Source: a virus
Virus record (IMG/VR): IMGVR_UViG_3300028840_001809
Direction: 5' to 3' (one strand)
Length of the DNA: 52,385 nucleotides
Shown here one piece after another: positions 6,365-15,779 of this stretch. A program made the translations under genes and the position numbers. The notes under the pieces are model-generated. The model saw only the letters and a list, made by a program, of their open reading frames with translations. It was not told where the DNA came from and made no database searches. How positions within the stretch are numbered: position 1 is the stretch's first letter; every line of letters begins with the position of its first letter.

Positions 6365-8672
6365 TCTTCTGGCCTTCTAAGTACGCCACATAATTGCCGG
6401 CCGTCCAATAGATCGTTGGTGGCCTGCCGTGCTTTCGTTTTGGACCAGGCTCCGATACGAGAATGTCAGCGTCGAGCATGTCGGCTATGTATCCATTTCG
6501 CGCCTTTTGATTCAGATGTTGTGTTCGCCTTGTGATTTCACGTTGCCTGCATCCGTTAATGCCGTGTTCTTCGACGATTCTGGCAATCTTACGCTTTTCA
6601 GCATCGACGCTGCATACAACCATCTCTGGGGCGATTGTATGCATGAATTGCCAAATGAGAAGTGAGATCAGATTACAGGCGTACTCTGCGACTTGCCAGG
6701 TGATCTCAGGGTGCTCGTAATTGAGGCCGGCAGCGATAATCAGCGCGACCTTACGGGCGTTTTCCTCTGCCTTGAGCCAGAGGTATTTCGACCGCTTGTC
6801 TTTGGCGCCAATTTCCCTGGCTGTATTGTCTAGGCTGATGAGCAGCCGCTCTGCCTCGTCTGTCGAGGGCACGAATAGCTGCGTCGGCGGCTGAAGCGTG
6901 GCTGAGTTCGCTCCGCCATGGACGACCGCATAGGAGTCTAGGTCTTCGTTCTTCGGCTTGATTCGTCGCCTGAACCATTTGGAGACCAGCTCACAAACCT
7001 CTTTGGGCGGCGGATCGTTGCACCTGTCTCTGGATTTCGGCGGCTGATTATCCTCGACGCGGAATACCAGGCACCGCGATAGCCAGCCATCAGACAACTC
7101 GCTCTCAGAGATGCCCTCAAGGAACCTGTCTGGAGTAGAGCTGCCGTAGATGCAACAGCAGGGCTGGATGATGCGGCGCTGCTTCTCGGCGTCGGCGTAC
7201 TCGCGACCTGTGAACGTCGAACCAGAAGATGAGTACAGGCGCATCAAAAGCGGTACGACACCTGTTTTGTGCGTGTCTCTGTTGGCTTTTAGGCTACGAA
7301 GTAGGAAGCCGATCTCGTCCCAAAGAAAGAGCGTCGCGGGGAATCGATGTATTCGTTCTTCGATACCAGCGTCCGAGGCCACCGTCTCGCCGCCCAACAA
7401 GTCCAGGGCGCCCGCTTGTAGGCAAAGCTTCCGGATTTGCCCAGGCGGCCAGTTCTTACCGGAGGATGAATCACCAACACCCATACAGTAGAGATTGGTC
7501 CTCGCGCCAGTCTTTTCTGTGACCTTTCGCCCAAAGAGCGAACCACAGAACGCGAGTGCGCAGCCAAGGGTAAGAAATGGCTGTCTGCATAGGGCCGTGG
7601 AGTTGATCCAATCGCATATTTCGCCGACCAGACCGGGGGGGCGCATTAGGTCGTTTTGGTTGATATCTTCTAGGGGCGTGACCAAACGAGCGGGAAATAC
7701 ACTCCTGCCGGCTAGAATTTGCTGCTGACTCTCGCGATGTGCCGCTAGCATCTCCGCCGCTCCATCGCGGACTTCCTGCGGGACCTCGCCGCGAAGATGT
7801 GCGTACTCCGGGTCATTGAGAATCCAGAGATACGGCAGGTCGCTCGGCGGATGCTTTCGGGCCTCTGTGATCTTACGAACGAAATCTCTGTAGTCCTTCT
7901 TCTCTTGGAGATTCCATGGCGGCGTACAGAATGGGTTGTATTGCCGGGAAAGGATGTCGAACGCCTGGCTGTCCGAGAGCCCAATGCCGTTGACCATGCA
8001 CTGCGCGGCCCAGAAGAGCTTGTCGTGTCCGCCTTGACCCTGAAAGGCTGGCTCGCAATGCTGGATGTACGCCTCGGCAATTTGCATCTTCACGTCGTCC
8101 CTCACACCAGTGGGGTCGAGGCGAGGCGACTGGGAGATCGGTGGCGCAACCCACGGCGCCTTCTCCGCCGGCCGCATGAAGTCGGGGAACTCGGCGATCT
8201 CGATCTGGCCGGGCCCCTGGTCCGGCGCCCAGACGTACCGGCCACCGTTCGGATGGATGGACGGACACGCGACCACGTAGTAGCCATCGCCTCGAATGTC
8301 GATCCCTGGCCGGAAGGAGTTCTTGTTCTTCGGCGGGTCGTCAGTGCGGTAGAAGGCGTGGAAGCCGCCTCGCGGAGTGTCCTGGCGAACGGTTTCCGGG
8401 AGTTCGTCGAACTCTTCCAGTGAATCGTAGCCGTTGACATCGCCGGCCTCGGTCACGTCCACATCAACCACGTAGACTCCGCTCTCCTTGCCGCACGCGA
8501 TTGCGACGTTGAACTGCGGATTCTGAGCCCACCACGCTTTGATCTGCTCAAGGTTGGTAGTGGCGTCTTTGACGCCGTGTGGAGTTGCCGGAATCTTCTG
8601 TTTCGGTCGGCAGGGCAAGACGCGCCAGCCTAGCTCGGCGTACTTTAGTGCTGCCTCAAGGAACTCGGTCAT
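6357..8672 (-). CDS. Bifunctional primase-polymerase (Prim-Pol/AEP) fused to a PriCT-like region and a P-loop helicase-like C-terminal region
   Basis: It is 771 aa. AEP motifs present are LGWRVLPC, VYVVDVDV (DxD) and GGFHAFY. There is a PriCT-like HDKLFWAAQC...CTPPW segment and the Walker-A-like GVGDSSSGKN. Confidence 0.8.
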   Translation of the reverse strand: MTEFLEAALKYAELGWRVLPCRPKQKIPATPHGVKDATTNLEQIKAWWAQNPQFNVAIACGKESGVYVVDVDVTEAGDVNGYDSLEEFDELPETVRQDTPRGGFHAFYRTDDPPKNKNSFRPGIDIRGDGYYVVACPSIHPNGGRYVWAPDQGPGQIEIAEFPDFMRPAEKAPWVAPPISQSPRLDPTGVRDDVKMQIAEAYIQHCEPAFQGQGGHDKLFWAAQCMVNGIGLSDSQAFDILSRQYNPFCTPPWNLQEKKDYRDFVRKITEARKHPPSDLPYLWILNDPEYAHLRGEVPQEVRDGAAEMLAAHRESQQQILAGRSVFPARLVTPLEDINQNDLMRPPGLVGEICDWINSTALCRQPFLTLGCALAFCGSLFGRKVTEKTGARTNLYCMGVGDSSSGKNWPPGQIRKLCLQAGALDLLGGETVASDAGIEERIHRFPATLFLWDEIGFLLRSLKANRDTHKTGVVPLLMRLYSSSGSTFTGREYADAEKQRRIIQPCCCIYGSSTPDRFLEGISESELSDGWLSRCLVFRVEDNQPPKSRDRCNDPPPKEVCELVSKWFRRRIKPKNEDLDSYAVVHGGANSATLQPPTQLFVPSTDEAERLLISLDNTAREIGAKDKRSKYLWLKAEENARKVALIIAAGLNYEHPEITWQVAEYACNLISLLIWQFMHTIAPEMVVCSVDAEKRKIARIVEEHGINGCRQREITRRTQHLNQKARNGYIADMLDADILVSEPGPKRKHGRPPTIYWTAGNYVAYLEGQKNG

Positions 8673-8854
8673 CCTAAGACCTCTATTTTGTCTGGTGAAA
8701 CTATGGTTTCTGCGTATCGTTTAGCATCTTTGAAGTGATTAAACTTCCTCGTGGTTTTCCACCCAGGATGCTCGATTACATACCAGTGAACGGCTCCAAT
8801 CATGCTGTGTCTTTGGATTGTTATCGAGTCAACTATGTCGCTATCTTCGCTCAT
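8669..8854 (-). CDS. Hypothetical protein (61 aa)
   Basis: It is start/stop coupled to both neighbours and has protein-like composition. Confidence 0.5.
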   Translation of the reverse strand: MSEDSDIVDSITIQRHSMIGAVHWYVIEHPGWKTTRKFNHFKDAKRYAETIVSPDKIEVLG

Positions 8855-10467
8855 GCTGCCTGCGCCTCTTTGACCGGCTGGTTGTAGTTAATCACCTCGA
8901 ACCACTTCCCGTTTCGACGAACGGTTACTGTCTTCGTCCATTCAAGTAGCTCCTGCGACAGAAAGAGGTTTTCGAGCGCCTTGTTGACCGTGATTGCTGA
9001 CGGCGACGGCCCAAATCGACGACGCCACCACTGTTGCGCTTTTCCGCCGGCATACCCAGGGTGATCCAGGCATACCCACTCCCTGTACATAGACAGCCCA
9101 CACCGATATTGCACGCAGATCGAATCAGGCGAACCTGCCTTCGCGTGCCGCCTGACGTGGACGGCATCGACCTTGTGAACCTCCGGCTCAGTCGAGAGGA
9201 TTGAGCGATCCGACGCCTTCTTGTCGTGCATCCGGCGTTCGCGCTCCTGCTGGTCCAGTCGCTCGATCTCGCGCTTCGGAATCTCCCAGCCGCAGGCTGG
9301 GCAAGCTCGGATCGCACGAGAGAACGATTCCCGGCATTGCTGACAGATAGCCATTACCGTCGCCTCGCCGCCCACGAGATCGATCGGGCCGTGCTGCTCA
9401 ATGCAGTTGGCGAAGTCCAGGATAAGGCAGTCTTGCTTGTTCTCATGGACCCGCAGGCCGCGTCCGACCATCTGTGAATAGAGGCCAGCGGAGAGTGTTG
9501 GACGCAGGAGCACGATACAGTCAACGTGCCGAGCGTTAAAGCCTTCCGTGTAGACATTGACGTTGCAGATAGCGTGTAAACGCCGTTCCTTAAACGCCCT
9601 GACAATCCTGTCTCGGTCGTCCTGTCGCGTCTTGCCGGTGACGACCGGCGCACAGATTCCATGATAGTCCAGCTCCCTGCTGACCTTGTGGCAATGCGTG
9701 ACATCGACGCAGAAGAAGACGACGGCCCTGCGCTGCTCTGCCTTGATGATTCGCGCAGCTTCGGCAACGGCCTCTCGAACGAGTAGCTCGCGATTCGTCG
9801 CCTCAGCCAGGCTCTTTAGGACGTACTCGCCGCCGGCCTTACGGACTTCCGTGAGATCAGGCTGCGTCACTGCCACCTTGGACCGTAGGTGGCACAGGTA
9901 GCCGTCGTGAATCAGGTCGGGGATCTTGGCTTCATAACAGATGTCCGTAAGAATGTGGTCCTTATGGCAAAGCTGGCCGCCGTCCATCCGAAACGGGGTT
10001 GCAGTCCAGCCAATCACCTTGAGTTCTGGATTGAATCGCCGGCTCCCATTGATGAATGTCCGGTACTTTCCCTCGCCCTTGAATGGGATGCGGTGTGCTT
10101 CATCGACCATGATTACGTCCCATGGCGGGAATTCCCCGGCTTTCCGGTAGACCGAATCGATCGAGGCGTACAGAATCCTCGCATCCCAGTCGCGCTGCTT
10201 TAGGGCTGCCGAGAAGATGCCGATATCCAGCTCAGGGGCGATCGCCCGAAGCTCGTCCACGTTCTGCTGAATCAGCTCCTTGCGGTGAGCGAGGATGATA
10301 CACCGGAACCACGGACATCGCTCCGACCAGCTCTGGATCGCCCAGGCTATCAGCAGGCTCTTACCGGCTCCGGTCGGCAGGACCGCGCAGGGATTGCCTT
10401 CCTGCTCGCAGATAAATCGGTGGAGCGCTTCGAGGCATTCAGCCTGGTAGGGGCGGGGCGTCAGCAA
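8851..10467 (-). CDS. Superfamily-2 DEAD/DEAH-box helicase with a C-terminal zinc ribbon
   Basis: It is 538 aa. Motifs present are RPYQ, LPTGAGKS (motif I), DEAH (motif II) and CQQC...CPACG. The start is apparently TTG 10467, with GAAGGA upstream. Confidence 0.85.
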   Translation of the reverse strand: MLTPRPYQAECLEALHRFICEQEGNPCAVLPTGAGKSLLIAWAIQSWSERCPWFRCIILAHRKELIQQNVDELRAIAPELDIGIFSAALKQRDWDARILYASIDSVYRKAGEFPPWDVIMVDEAHRIPFKGEGKYRTFINGSRRFNPELKVIGWTATPFRMDGGQLCHKDHILTDICYEAKIPDLIHDGYLCHLRSKVAVTQPDLTEVRKAGGEYVLKSLAEATNRELLVREAVAEAARIIKAEQRRAVVFFCVDVTHCHKVSRELDYHGICAPVVTGKTRQDDRDRIVRAFKERRLHAICNVNVYTEGFNARHVDCIVLLRPTLSAGLYSQMVGRGLRVHENKQDCLILDFANCIEQHGPIDLVGGEATVMAICQQCRESFSRAIRACPACGWEIPKREIERLDQQERERRMHDKKASDRSILSTEPEVHKVDAVHVRRHAKAGSPDSICVQYRCGLSMYREWVCLDHPGYAGGKAQQWWRRRFGPSPSAITVNKALENLFLSQELLEWTKTVTVRRNGKWFEVINYNQPVKEAQAA

Positions 10468-10540
10468 CGGCAGACATCCTTCGGCACGAGGAGCACGCCG
10501 TCAAACATGGTCATCACTGCCCAACTCCTTGCTTGATTCC

Positions 10541-10783
10541 TTAGCTGAAGTCGTAACCGATTTCTTCAATATGCAATGGCTGCTCGCGCCGGCCATCCCC
10601 GCCTGTCGAAATCACGGTGCAAACAGGCGGACCCCAGCAAGTCTCTAGGTTGATTACGTCGATAATCGCTTCCCTGATTTTTCTAATAAGAATGGGCATA
10701 CTCACTTCGCCGCACTCAACCATTGGCCAGATGTGCCCTAGCGTAATATCGAATCGCATCTCGTTGTGACCAACTTGCGTCAT
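10541..10783 (-). CDS. Hypothetical protein (80 aa)
   Basis: It is coupled by overlap to the upstream nuclease gene. I recognised no motif. Confidence 0.45.
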   Translation of the reverse strand: MTQVGHNEMRFDITLGHIWPMVECGEVSMPILIRKIREAIIDVINLETCWGPPVCTVISTGGDGRREQPLHIEEIGYDFS

Positions 10784-12108
10784 TCAACTCCCTCCCTAAT
10801 CTCCCCGAGTCCGCTATCACGCCAGACGATCGCCAGGCGACCGCCCTCGTACTCAATAACGCGGGCCTCGAAGTTGTTACAGGTAGCCAGCGGCTTCAGT
10901 TCCATGGGGTCCTCTTTGTACGTCGCCATCCATTGCTCCTTGATCTGTTTGGCGGGGCCCTTCCAGATCGTTCGCGAGTCCTCCTCCGGGTACCGCGACA
11001 GGATGTCGTCGGCGCAGTAGTCGGTCGGCTTCGCACCGAATTGCTCGCACGCCGCCTGGACGGCGCCATCCATTATTGCATCAGCCGGGGTCGTGATGAG
11101 CGCTTCGCTACTTATGCAGCCAGGTCCGTTTCCGTGTCGAAACGTCTTTCCGTCTTCTACTATGAACTCAACTCGCGCATTTCCGAGATCGTCTGTGTCG
11201 TAGGCGCCGACTTCCGCAAACATCACCAGGTCAGGAATCAGTAGATGGTGCTTACACGGGCTTACATCGCCGACTAGCCGCATGACGTTGCCATGCTTTT
11301 CGCAGCGCCAGTGGGCATTACCGCGATCGGTTAGTGGCGTGGCCCAGCAACATTGTCGGCATGAGAGGCGCGGAAGTGGAACAGCCGGCTCCGGCGCTGT
11401 GGTACCCCAGCAGATTGCCTTGGCGTCACAGAACCGACACTGGTAGTAGTCTGGCCGGCTGGAAATGCGAGAGGGCGGCTTCGATAATGCGATAATACGC
11501 AGAGCCTTTTCATAGAGATCCGTAGCGAACGCCTTGTCGTAACGGACTCGCTCTGCGTAGATTTCGTCCGTGTCCTTATTGACGGCCAGGTAAAGCGCCC
11601 TCCGCATGCCGGTCAGGTGCATCTCGATCTGCACCTGAGCGAAGTGTTTCGGGTGCGCTTTTTCGAGGCCATCTCTCCTGAGCTTCGCAAACGACTTGGC
11701 ATTATGCGTCTTGTACTCGACGACATGCCAGGTCTTCGGGGCCTCGGGGAGCCCGAGGCCGCAGCCGTCCATGTAGCCCTTCAGATGCCCGCCGTGACCC
11801 AGGACAAGGAATTGCCGGCCGGTCCGCTCGTCGATGACGTGAACTTCGCACCCGATCGCTCGGAGGTCGGTGGTTAACCTCGCCTCTTCGAGGTCTCCTC
11901 GCTCGAAGAGGCGGTACATGCGACCATCGAATTGCGGTTTGAAGCACTGGCGAAACGAGTACCAAAGATAGCGCTCACATGGATGACCGAGAAGCGAGAC
12001 ACTAAGCGTCTGGCTCATGTAGCCGTTGTCGCCTTGTGCCTTGTAATGGTCGTAGATCGCCTGGACGGTCTTCGTTTCTTTTGGGAGTGCGTCTTCGATG
12101 TCGCCCAT
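10780..12108 (-). CDS. Cas4/RecB-like PD-(D/E)XK nuclease with a 4-Cys cluster, fused to a Cys-rich C-terminal domain of unknown function
   Basis: It is 442 aa. It has the N-terminal Cys (GHPCERYLWY), the nuclease core YMDG...VVEYKT, and C-x2-C-x5-C (QCRFCDAKAIC) as in Cas4/AddB-type Fe-S nucleases. About 200 further residues carry CRQCC...RCEKHG...PCKHH. Confidence 0.7.
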   Translation of the reverse strand: MGDIEDALPKETKTVQAIYDHYKAQGDNGYMSQTLSVSLLGHPCERYLWYSFRQCFKPQFDGRMYRLFERGDLEEARLTTDLRAIGCEVHVIDERTGRQFLVLGHGGHLKGYMDGCGLGLPEAPKTWHVVEYKTHNAKSFAKLRRDGLEKAHPKHFAQVQIEMHLTGMRRALYLAVNKDTDEIYAERVRYDKAFATDLYEKALRIIALSKPPSRISSRPDYYQCRFCDAKAICWGTTAPEPAVPLPRLSCRQCCWATPLTDRGNAHWRCEKHGNVMRLVGDVSPCKHHLLIPDLVMFAEVGAYDTDDLGNARVEFIVEDGKTFRHGNGPGCISSEALITTPADAIMDGAVQAACEQFGAKPTDYCADDILSRYPEEDSRTIWKGPAKQIKEQWMATYKEDPMELKPLATCNNFEARVIEYEGGRLAIVWRDSGLGEIREGVE

Positions 12109-12114
12109 TCTTGG

Positions 12115-12507
12115 TTATTCCTCGTAGAGAACGCGCATGTGACACATGCATGTGTTACCATCAAACTTCAGCTTTTTCATGGTCTTGCGCATTCCGCCGG
12201 GAAGTTCGGCTGAAAACATGATATTGGAATCATAAACAGCATCACCGTCGAGGAGGCTAACGTCAAGCTCATGTCCATCGTAAGACCTTATGAGTCGTAC
12301 GCGAATTGATCCAGCTTGCCGCTTATGTGAGAATTCAAACCAGAGACTATTCGCTGTATCTGGCACCTCTATATGTTTTTTGAGCCAGTTCAGTGATAGC
12401 CTGCGAAACAGGCGTTCAGTCGGCATGTACTTGCCTGTCGCTGTCGAATAGAACATGCCATCATTGGCGTCTCGCTTAAACTCCTTAGTAATCACGGTGT
12501 CGTTCAT
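12115..12507 (-). CDS. Hypothetical protein (130 aa)
   Basis: A strong GAGGAGAGAA RBS is present and the composition is protein-like. Confidence 0.55.
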   Translation of the reverse strand: MNDTVITKEFKRDANDGMFYSTATGKYMPTERLFRRLSLNWLKKHIEVPDTANSLWFEFSHKRQAGSIRVRLIRSYDGHELDVSLLDGDAVYDSNIMFSAELPGGMRKTMKKLKFDGNTCMCHMRVLYEE

Positions 12508-12646
12508 CGTTTCTCTCCTCTAATTTCACGGAGCCACGTTTCTCTTCTCTAATTTCACGTAGCCACCAGCCAAATGCTGTGCCGCAGATGAACTCAAAGA
12601 TTCCGATCATCAAGACCACTACAATGACAAAGATGTGTTCGCTCAT
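12485..12646 (-). CDS. Small single-pass membrane protein (53 aa)
   Basis: ATG 12646 forms an ATGA overlap with the stop at 12643. The hydrophobic segment is IFVIVVVLMIGIFEFICGTAFGWWL. Confidence 0.5.
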   Translation of the reverse strand: MSEHIFVIVVVLMIGIFEFICGTAFGWWLREIREEKRGSVKLEERNDERHRDY

Positions 12647-12861
12647 TGTTTTGGCTCCCTTCGCAGCTCTGCGGCACGCTCCTTGGAATCGGCGTACAGG
12701 CCGGCAAGTCCTATTTTGCACAGCTCAGATGCAGTGTATTCGCCTTCTCCTCGCTTCACTCGCGGCATTCCGATTGACACTCCTGGGAAAATATCCATGA
12801 TGGTCGCGGCGTCCTGGAGCGTCACATTGGACAACCACACCTTCCTGTTCTTCTTACTCAT
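12643..12861 (-). CDS. Hypothetical protein (72 aa)
   Basis: It is start/stop coupled on both sides. Confidence 0.5.
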   Translation of the reverse strand: MSKKNRKVWLSNVTLQDAATIMDIFPGVSIGMPRVKRGEGEYTASELCKIGLAGLYADSKERAAELRREPKQ

Positions 12862-13310
12862 TGCTTACCCTTTACGGTTACAGAGGTTTTAGCGGGCTTC
12901 ACGCTGACGTGCTCTGCCATCGCCCTCCATGCCGCAGGGGCGTTGTCGCGGTACCAGCGATAGCCTGCCACGTCTAGTGTGTGCGTTGTCTTCGAGTTAA
13001 TCGGTATGTGATACCGATTGCCGTCTACGAGGCCCTGCTTGTTAAGGGCAGACCTGATCCCATCGAAGTCGGCGCTGTAGAGCAGGCTCCGCTTGACCGT
13101 GAGCTTGAGATCGCCTACCGAGAACGTCTTTTGGCCTTCTTCGGCGGTCTCGACGAGCGCAGCAATCTTCTCCTCGGCCTCAATCCGCGCCTGCTTTGCT
13201 TCCTGTTCTTTAGTCTTGGTTTCCAGTAGGTTATCGACGAGCTTCGCGAGTTCGAGGTTTTGTTTCATAGATCCAACCACGTCGAACTGGTCATTCTGTT
13301 GGGTACTCAT
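12858..13310 (-). CDS. Hypothetical coiled-coil protein (150 aa) in the recombination module
   Basis: The N-terminal coiled coil is LELAKLVDNLLETKTKEQEAKQARIEAEEKIAAL. The architecture recalls the Gam or Gp157-like accessory proteins found beside Sak4 modules, but I saw no diagnostic motif. Confidence 0.55.
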   Translation of the reverse strand: MSTQQNDQFDVVGSMKQNLELAKLVDNLLETKTKEQEAKQARIEAEEKIAALVETAEEGQKTFSVGDLKLTVKRSLLYSADFDGIRSALNKQGLVDGNRYHIPINSKTTHTLDVAGYRWYRDNAPAAWRAMAEHVSVKPAKTSVTVKGKQ

Positions 13311-13311
13311 G

Positions 13312-13407
13312 CTACCGACAACTCCTCGAATTCAAATGGGGTTTCCAGGGCGTCGTGAATCGAAATCTGCGGGCCGTCCATTGAGCCAGCGTCAGTGTGT
13401 CGTTCAT
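13312..13407 (-). CDS. Possible 31-aa basic peptide
   Basis: It was hand-translated as MNDTLTLAQWTARRFRFTTPWKPHLNSRSCR. GAGGAG lies 9 nt upstream, and it fills the gap between two genes. Confidence 0.25.
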   Translation of the reverse strand: MNDTLTLAQWTARRFRFTTPWKPHLNSRSCR

Positions 13408-13420
13408 CGGGTCAAACTCC

Positions 13421-13585
13421 TCACTTAAAGGCGTTCAAAAGGAACCAGATGGCAGTGGCTATAGTCGTGATAGTCAAGATAACCCCAACGAAATAACACC
13501 CCATTACTGCCAGTATTGTCTTCCGTCCAAATTGCGTAAGCCGATCCACACGCTTATCAAAATCCAGAAAAGGGTCTCGTGCCAT
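13421..13585 (-). CDS. Small membrane protein (54 aa)
   Basis: It starts at ATG 13585. The C-terminal TM segment is ILAVMGCYFVGVILTITTIATAIWFLL. Confidence 0.45.
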   Translation of the reverse strand: MARDPFLDFDKRVDRLTQFGRKTILAVMGCYFVGVILTITTIATAIWFLLNAFK

Positions 13586-13694
13586 TGCGATAGTCCTCGT
13601 AGATGGAGAAAACCCGCGGCGGGGCGCAGCCGTGCCTTCGATCATCGCTCAGCGTGTCGAGAGCCACGCCCTTCCGCCGCGAGCAACAAATGGA

Positions 13695-14366
13695 TTAGGC
13701 GGCGCGTCTTGCCGTCTCCCATGGCGGCAGACCAGCCGGTGCGGTTCGGGCCTGCACTGGAACAGTGGCCGGCTGCGACGGGGCTCCGGGGCCGGCATGC
13801 GTGCCGTACGCCTCGACCCCCGGCGCCGCCGAGCCCGCGGGGAGCGGGGCGGGCCCGGCGGCTTGCGGCGCGGCAACAGGGACAGGAGCGGGCTGAGCGG
13901 GGGCCGGGAGGCCAGCATCGCCGGTTTGCGGCTGGGCCTCGCTGGGCGCCTTGTATTCGCGAACGACGTTCTGGTCGCCGTAGTTTTTGTCGTTCTTCAC
14001 GGCAACTTTTGCGGCGACAACCTGATTAAGAAGTTGCTCGGTGGCCCTGATCTTCTGGCCGCCAAGGGCCCGGCCGAGAGAAGCAAGGGCTTTCATACCG
14101 ATCTCGACGCACTGGACGTTAGGATTCGCCAGATTGATGTTATCCCAGAGCTTCCGGCCCTTGAATTGGCCATCGAGCACCTGGAGAGTCAGCTTGAGGT
14201 AGCTGCCGTCACCCTTCTTTGTTTCCCTGATCTCTGCCTGCTCGATCAGCACCGGGTAATCACCCGGCGGAAGCGGATCGAAGCTACTGGACGGCTCCAC
14301 AGCCATCGGATCGAACTCGTGACCGCCAAAGACAGCTTGGATGTCACCGTAATCGTCGAAATTCAT
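13695..14366 (-). CDS. DUF669-family protein (phage ssDNA-binding partner of Sak4) with a long Pro/Ala-rich tail
   Basis: It is 223 aa. FDPLPPGDYPVLIEQAEIRETKKGDGSYLKLTLQVLDGQFKGRKLWDNINL matches the DUF669 pattern. It lies next to the AAA_24 ATPase, as expected for this family. Confidence 0.7.
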   Translation of the reverse strand: MNFDDYGDIQAVFGGHEFDPMAVEPSSSFDPLPPGDYPVLIEQAEIRETKKGDGSYLKLTLQVLDGQFKGRKLWDNINLANPNVQCVEIGMKALASLGRALGGQKIRATEQLLNQVVAAKVAVKNDKNYGDQNVVREYKAPSEAQPQTGDAGLPAPAQPAPVPVAAPQAAGPAPLPAGSAAPGVEAYGTHAGPGAPSQPATVPVQARTAPAGLPPWETARRAA

Positions 14367-14387
14367 AGTGGTCTCCTCGTGGGTGTG

Positions 14388-14618
14388 TTAAGCGATGTCG
14401 TGAATCGCTCGAATCGCCATTGCTGCTACCTGTACAAGCTCTTTCCTGAGTTCACGTAGATCGTGCTTCTTCTTCTTGACTTCATCCCAGAATTCATCAA
14501 GCTCTTCTAGGATGATTCCGTATGCCTCATGTGGCGTAACAATTGGGCCGTGAAGCTTTGTTGCCCTACCGAATTCAGCTTCGACTTCGCAGAGTATTGA
14601 GATAATATCGATACTCAC
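14388..14618 (-). CDS. MazG-like all-alpha NTP pyrophosphohydrolase-like protein (76 aa)
   Basis: GTG 14618 has AGGAG 8 nt upstream; the ORF is open to 14675. HEAYGIILEELDEFWDEVKK contains an EExxE-type motif. Confidence 0.45.
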   Translation of the reverse strand: MSIDIISILCEVEAEFGRATKLHGPIVTPHEAYGIILEELDEFWDEVKKKKHDLRELRKELVQVAAMAIRAIHDIA

Positions 14619-14635
14619 CGTGATAACTCCTGCGG

Positions 14636-15415
14636 TTACATTGCCGCTACAACTGCGTTCTGGAAAGCCTCCCATGAGAGAGGCAGCTCATAGGGGAGGT
14701 GGCCGTATACGCCTCGCCCGCCGCCGGGATGCGATGGGCGCTTCTGAGTGAAGAGGAAACGGGAGCCAGGGGCGATCTCAATACCGGTCTTCTTCACGTT
14801 ATCTTTGTGGAAGCCGAGCTTCTCGTGCCTGACCACGACCTTTGTATTCGCGAACAGGATGCAATCGGCCCAGCGATAGAGAAGGTTGGCTGTCTTTTCG
14901 TGAACGTCCCATTGGTATCTGTCGTACGACTCGCCTTCCGGGTCGTCAAACCGACCAACTTTGACGTGCCCGATTAAGATCGAGGTCATGTTGAGACGCG
15001 CACGAATCGAATCGAGCCACGCTGTAATGGACCGCCAGGTGCTAAGGGCCTGCTCGCGACCGCGACCGAAGCCGCCGTCCACATCCGAGAGGCTCTTGAC
15101 GCCGGCCCTTTCACATAAGCCCTCCTCGATCAACGCCTCAAGCGTACTCGCGGAGTCGATAACGACGGTCTTCCAGTCATTTTCTTGATCCCGTGTCGTT
15201 TTCAGCCAACCAAAGACATCGTTTACTGAGTTGCAGACCGGGGTTTTGGCTACGTCGATTTCGTCAATTCCTTCCTCGCCCTTGATAGGCAGGAACACCG
15301 GGTTATTGGCTCCGGCGGCAAACGTGCTCTTCCCAATCTTCTCAACGCCAAGTAGGATGATTCGCGGTGCCCGCATGATTCGGCCGGCTGAAATTTCGCT
15401 TAGATCGTAGGCCAT
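14636..15415 (-). CDS. Sak4-like RecA-fold ATPase (AAA_24 family), single-strand annealing/recombination
   Basis: It is 259 aa with the Walker A motif ILLGVEKIGKST. Its size and its pairing with a DUF669 protein are typical of Sak4. Confidence 0.75.
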   Translation of the reverse strand: MAYDLSEISAGRIMRAPRIILLGVEKIGKSTFAAGANNPVFLPIKGEEGIDEIDVAKTPVCNSVNDVFGWLKTTRDQENDWKTVVIDSASTLEALIEEGLCERAGVKSLSDVDGGFGRGREQALSTWRSITAWLDSIRARLNMTSILIGHVKVGRFDDPEGESYDRYQWDVHEKTANLLYRWADCILFANTKVVVRHEKLGFHKDNVKKTGIEIAPGSRFLFTQKRPSHPGGGRGVYGHLPYELPLSWEAFQNAVVAAM

Positions 15416-15540
15416 TCGTCTTCCCCTTGTTCTTCTTTTTGTTCTTCTTTGTGTTCCCAGATCGTCAGTCCATCCAGGTCGTCTGTTCCGTAGTCGTCGT
15501 CAAGCATCCGCCAACCGTCTTCTAGTCGTTGATTCCACAT
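15400..15540 (-). CDS. Possible small acidic protein (46 aa)
   Basis: It was hand-translated as MWNQRLEDGWRMLDDDYGTDDLDGLTIWEHKEEQKEEQGEDEWPTI. It has a GAGGAG RBS, and its end overlaps the start of the Sak4 gene. Confidence 0.45.
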   Translation of the reverse strand: MWNQRLEDGWRMLDDDYGTDDLDGLTIWEHKEEQKEEQGEDEWPTI

Positions 15541-15551
15541 TTCTTCGCTCC

Positions 15552-15779
15552 TCATGGAATTCGTCTCCGCCTATGCCGCCGACGAGGCGGCTGATCCACT
15601 TGGCGTTCCTTCCGCCGGGCAGCAATGAAAAGAAGGAGGTCGGCCTCGTCAACGCGGATACTCTGCCGCTTGCCAGACGAGACGTTTACGTGCGCCAGAT
15701 GCCCGCCGCCAATCAGTCGGCGAACCGTGTGCGTAGAGACGGCGAGTTGCTCGGCGACCTGAGAAAGTGTGAGAAGCAT
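15552..15779 (-). CDS. Excisionase-family / MerR-like HTH DNA-binding protein
   Basis: It is 75 aa. MLLTLSQVAEQLAVSTHTVRRLIGGGHLAHVNV resembles the excisionase-family HTH, and the tail is Arg-rich. Confidence 0.65.
   Translation of the reverse strand: MLLTLSQVAEQLAVSTHTVRRLIGGGHLAHVNVSSGKRQSIRVDEADLLLFIAARRKERQVDQPPRRRHRRRRIP

Noticed and set aside
13397-14459. Long plus-strand ORFs (210 aa and 275 aa) antisense to the DUF669 gene
   Set aside because: The translations are Arg/Pro/Gly-rich shadows of the Pro/Ala-rich tail of a confidently recognised minus-strand gene.
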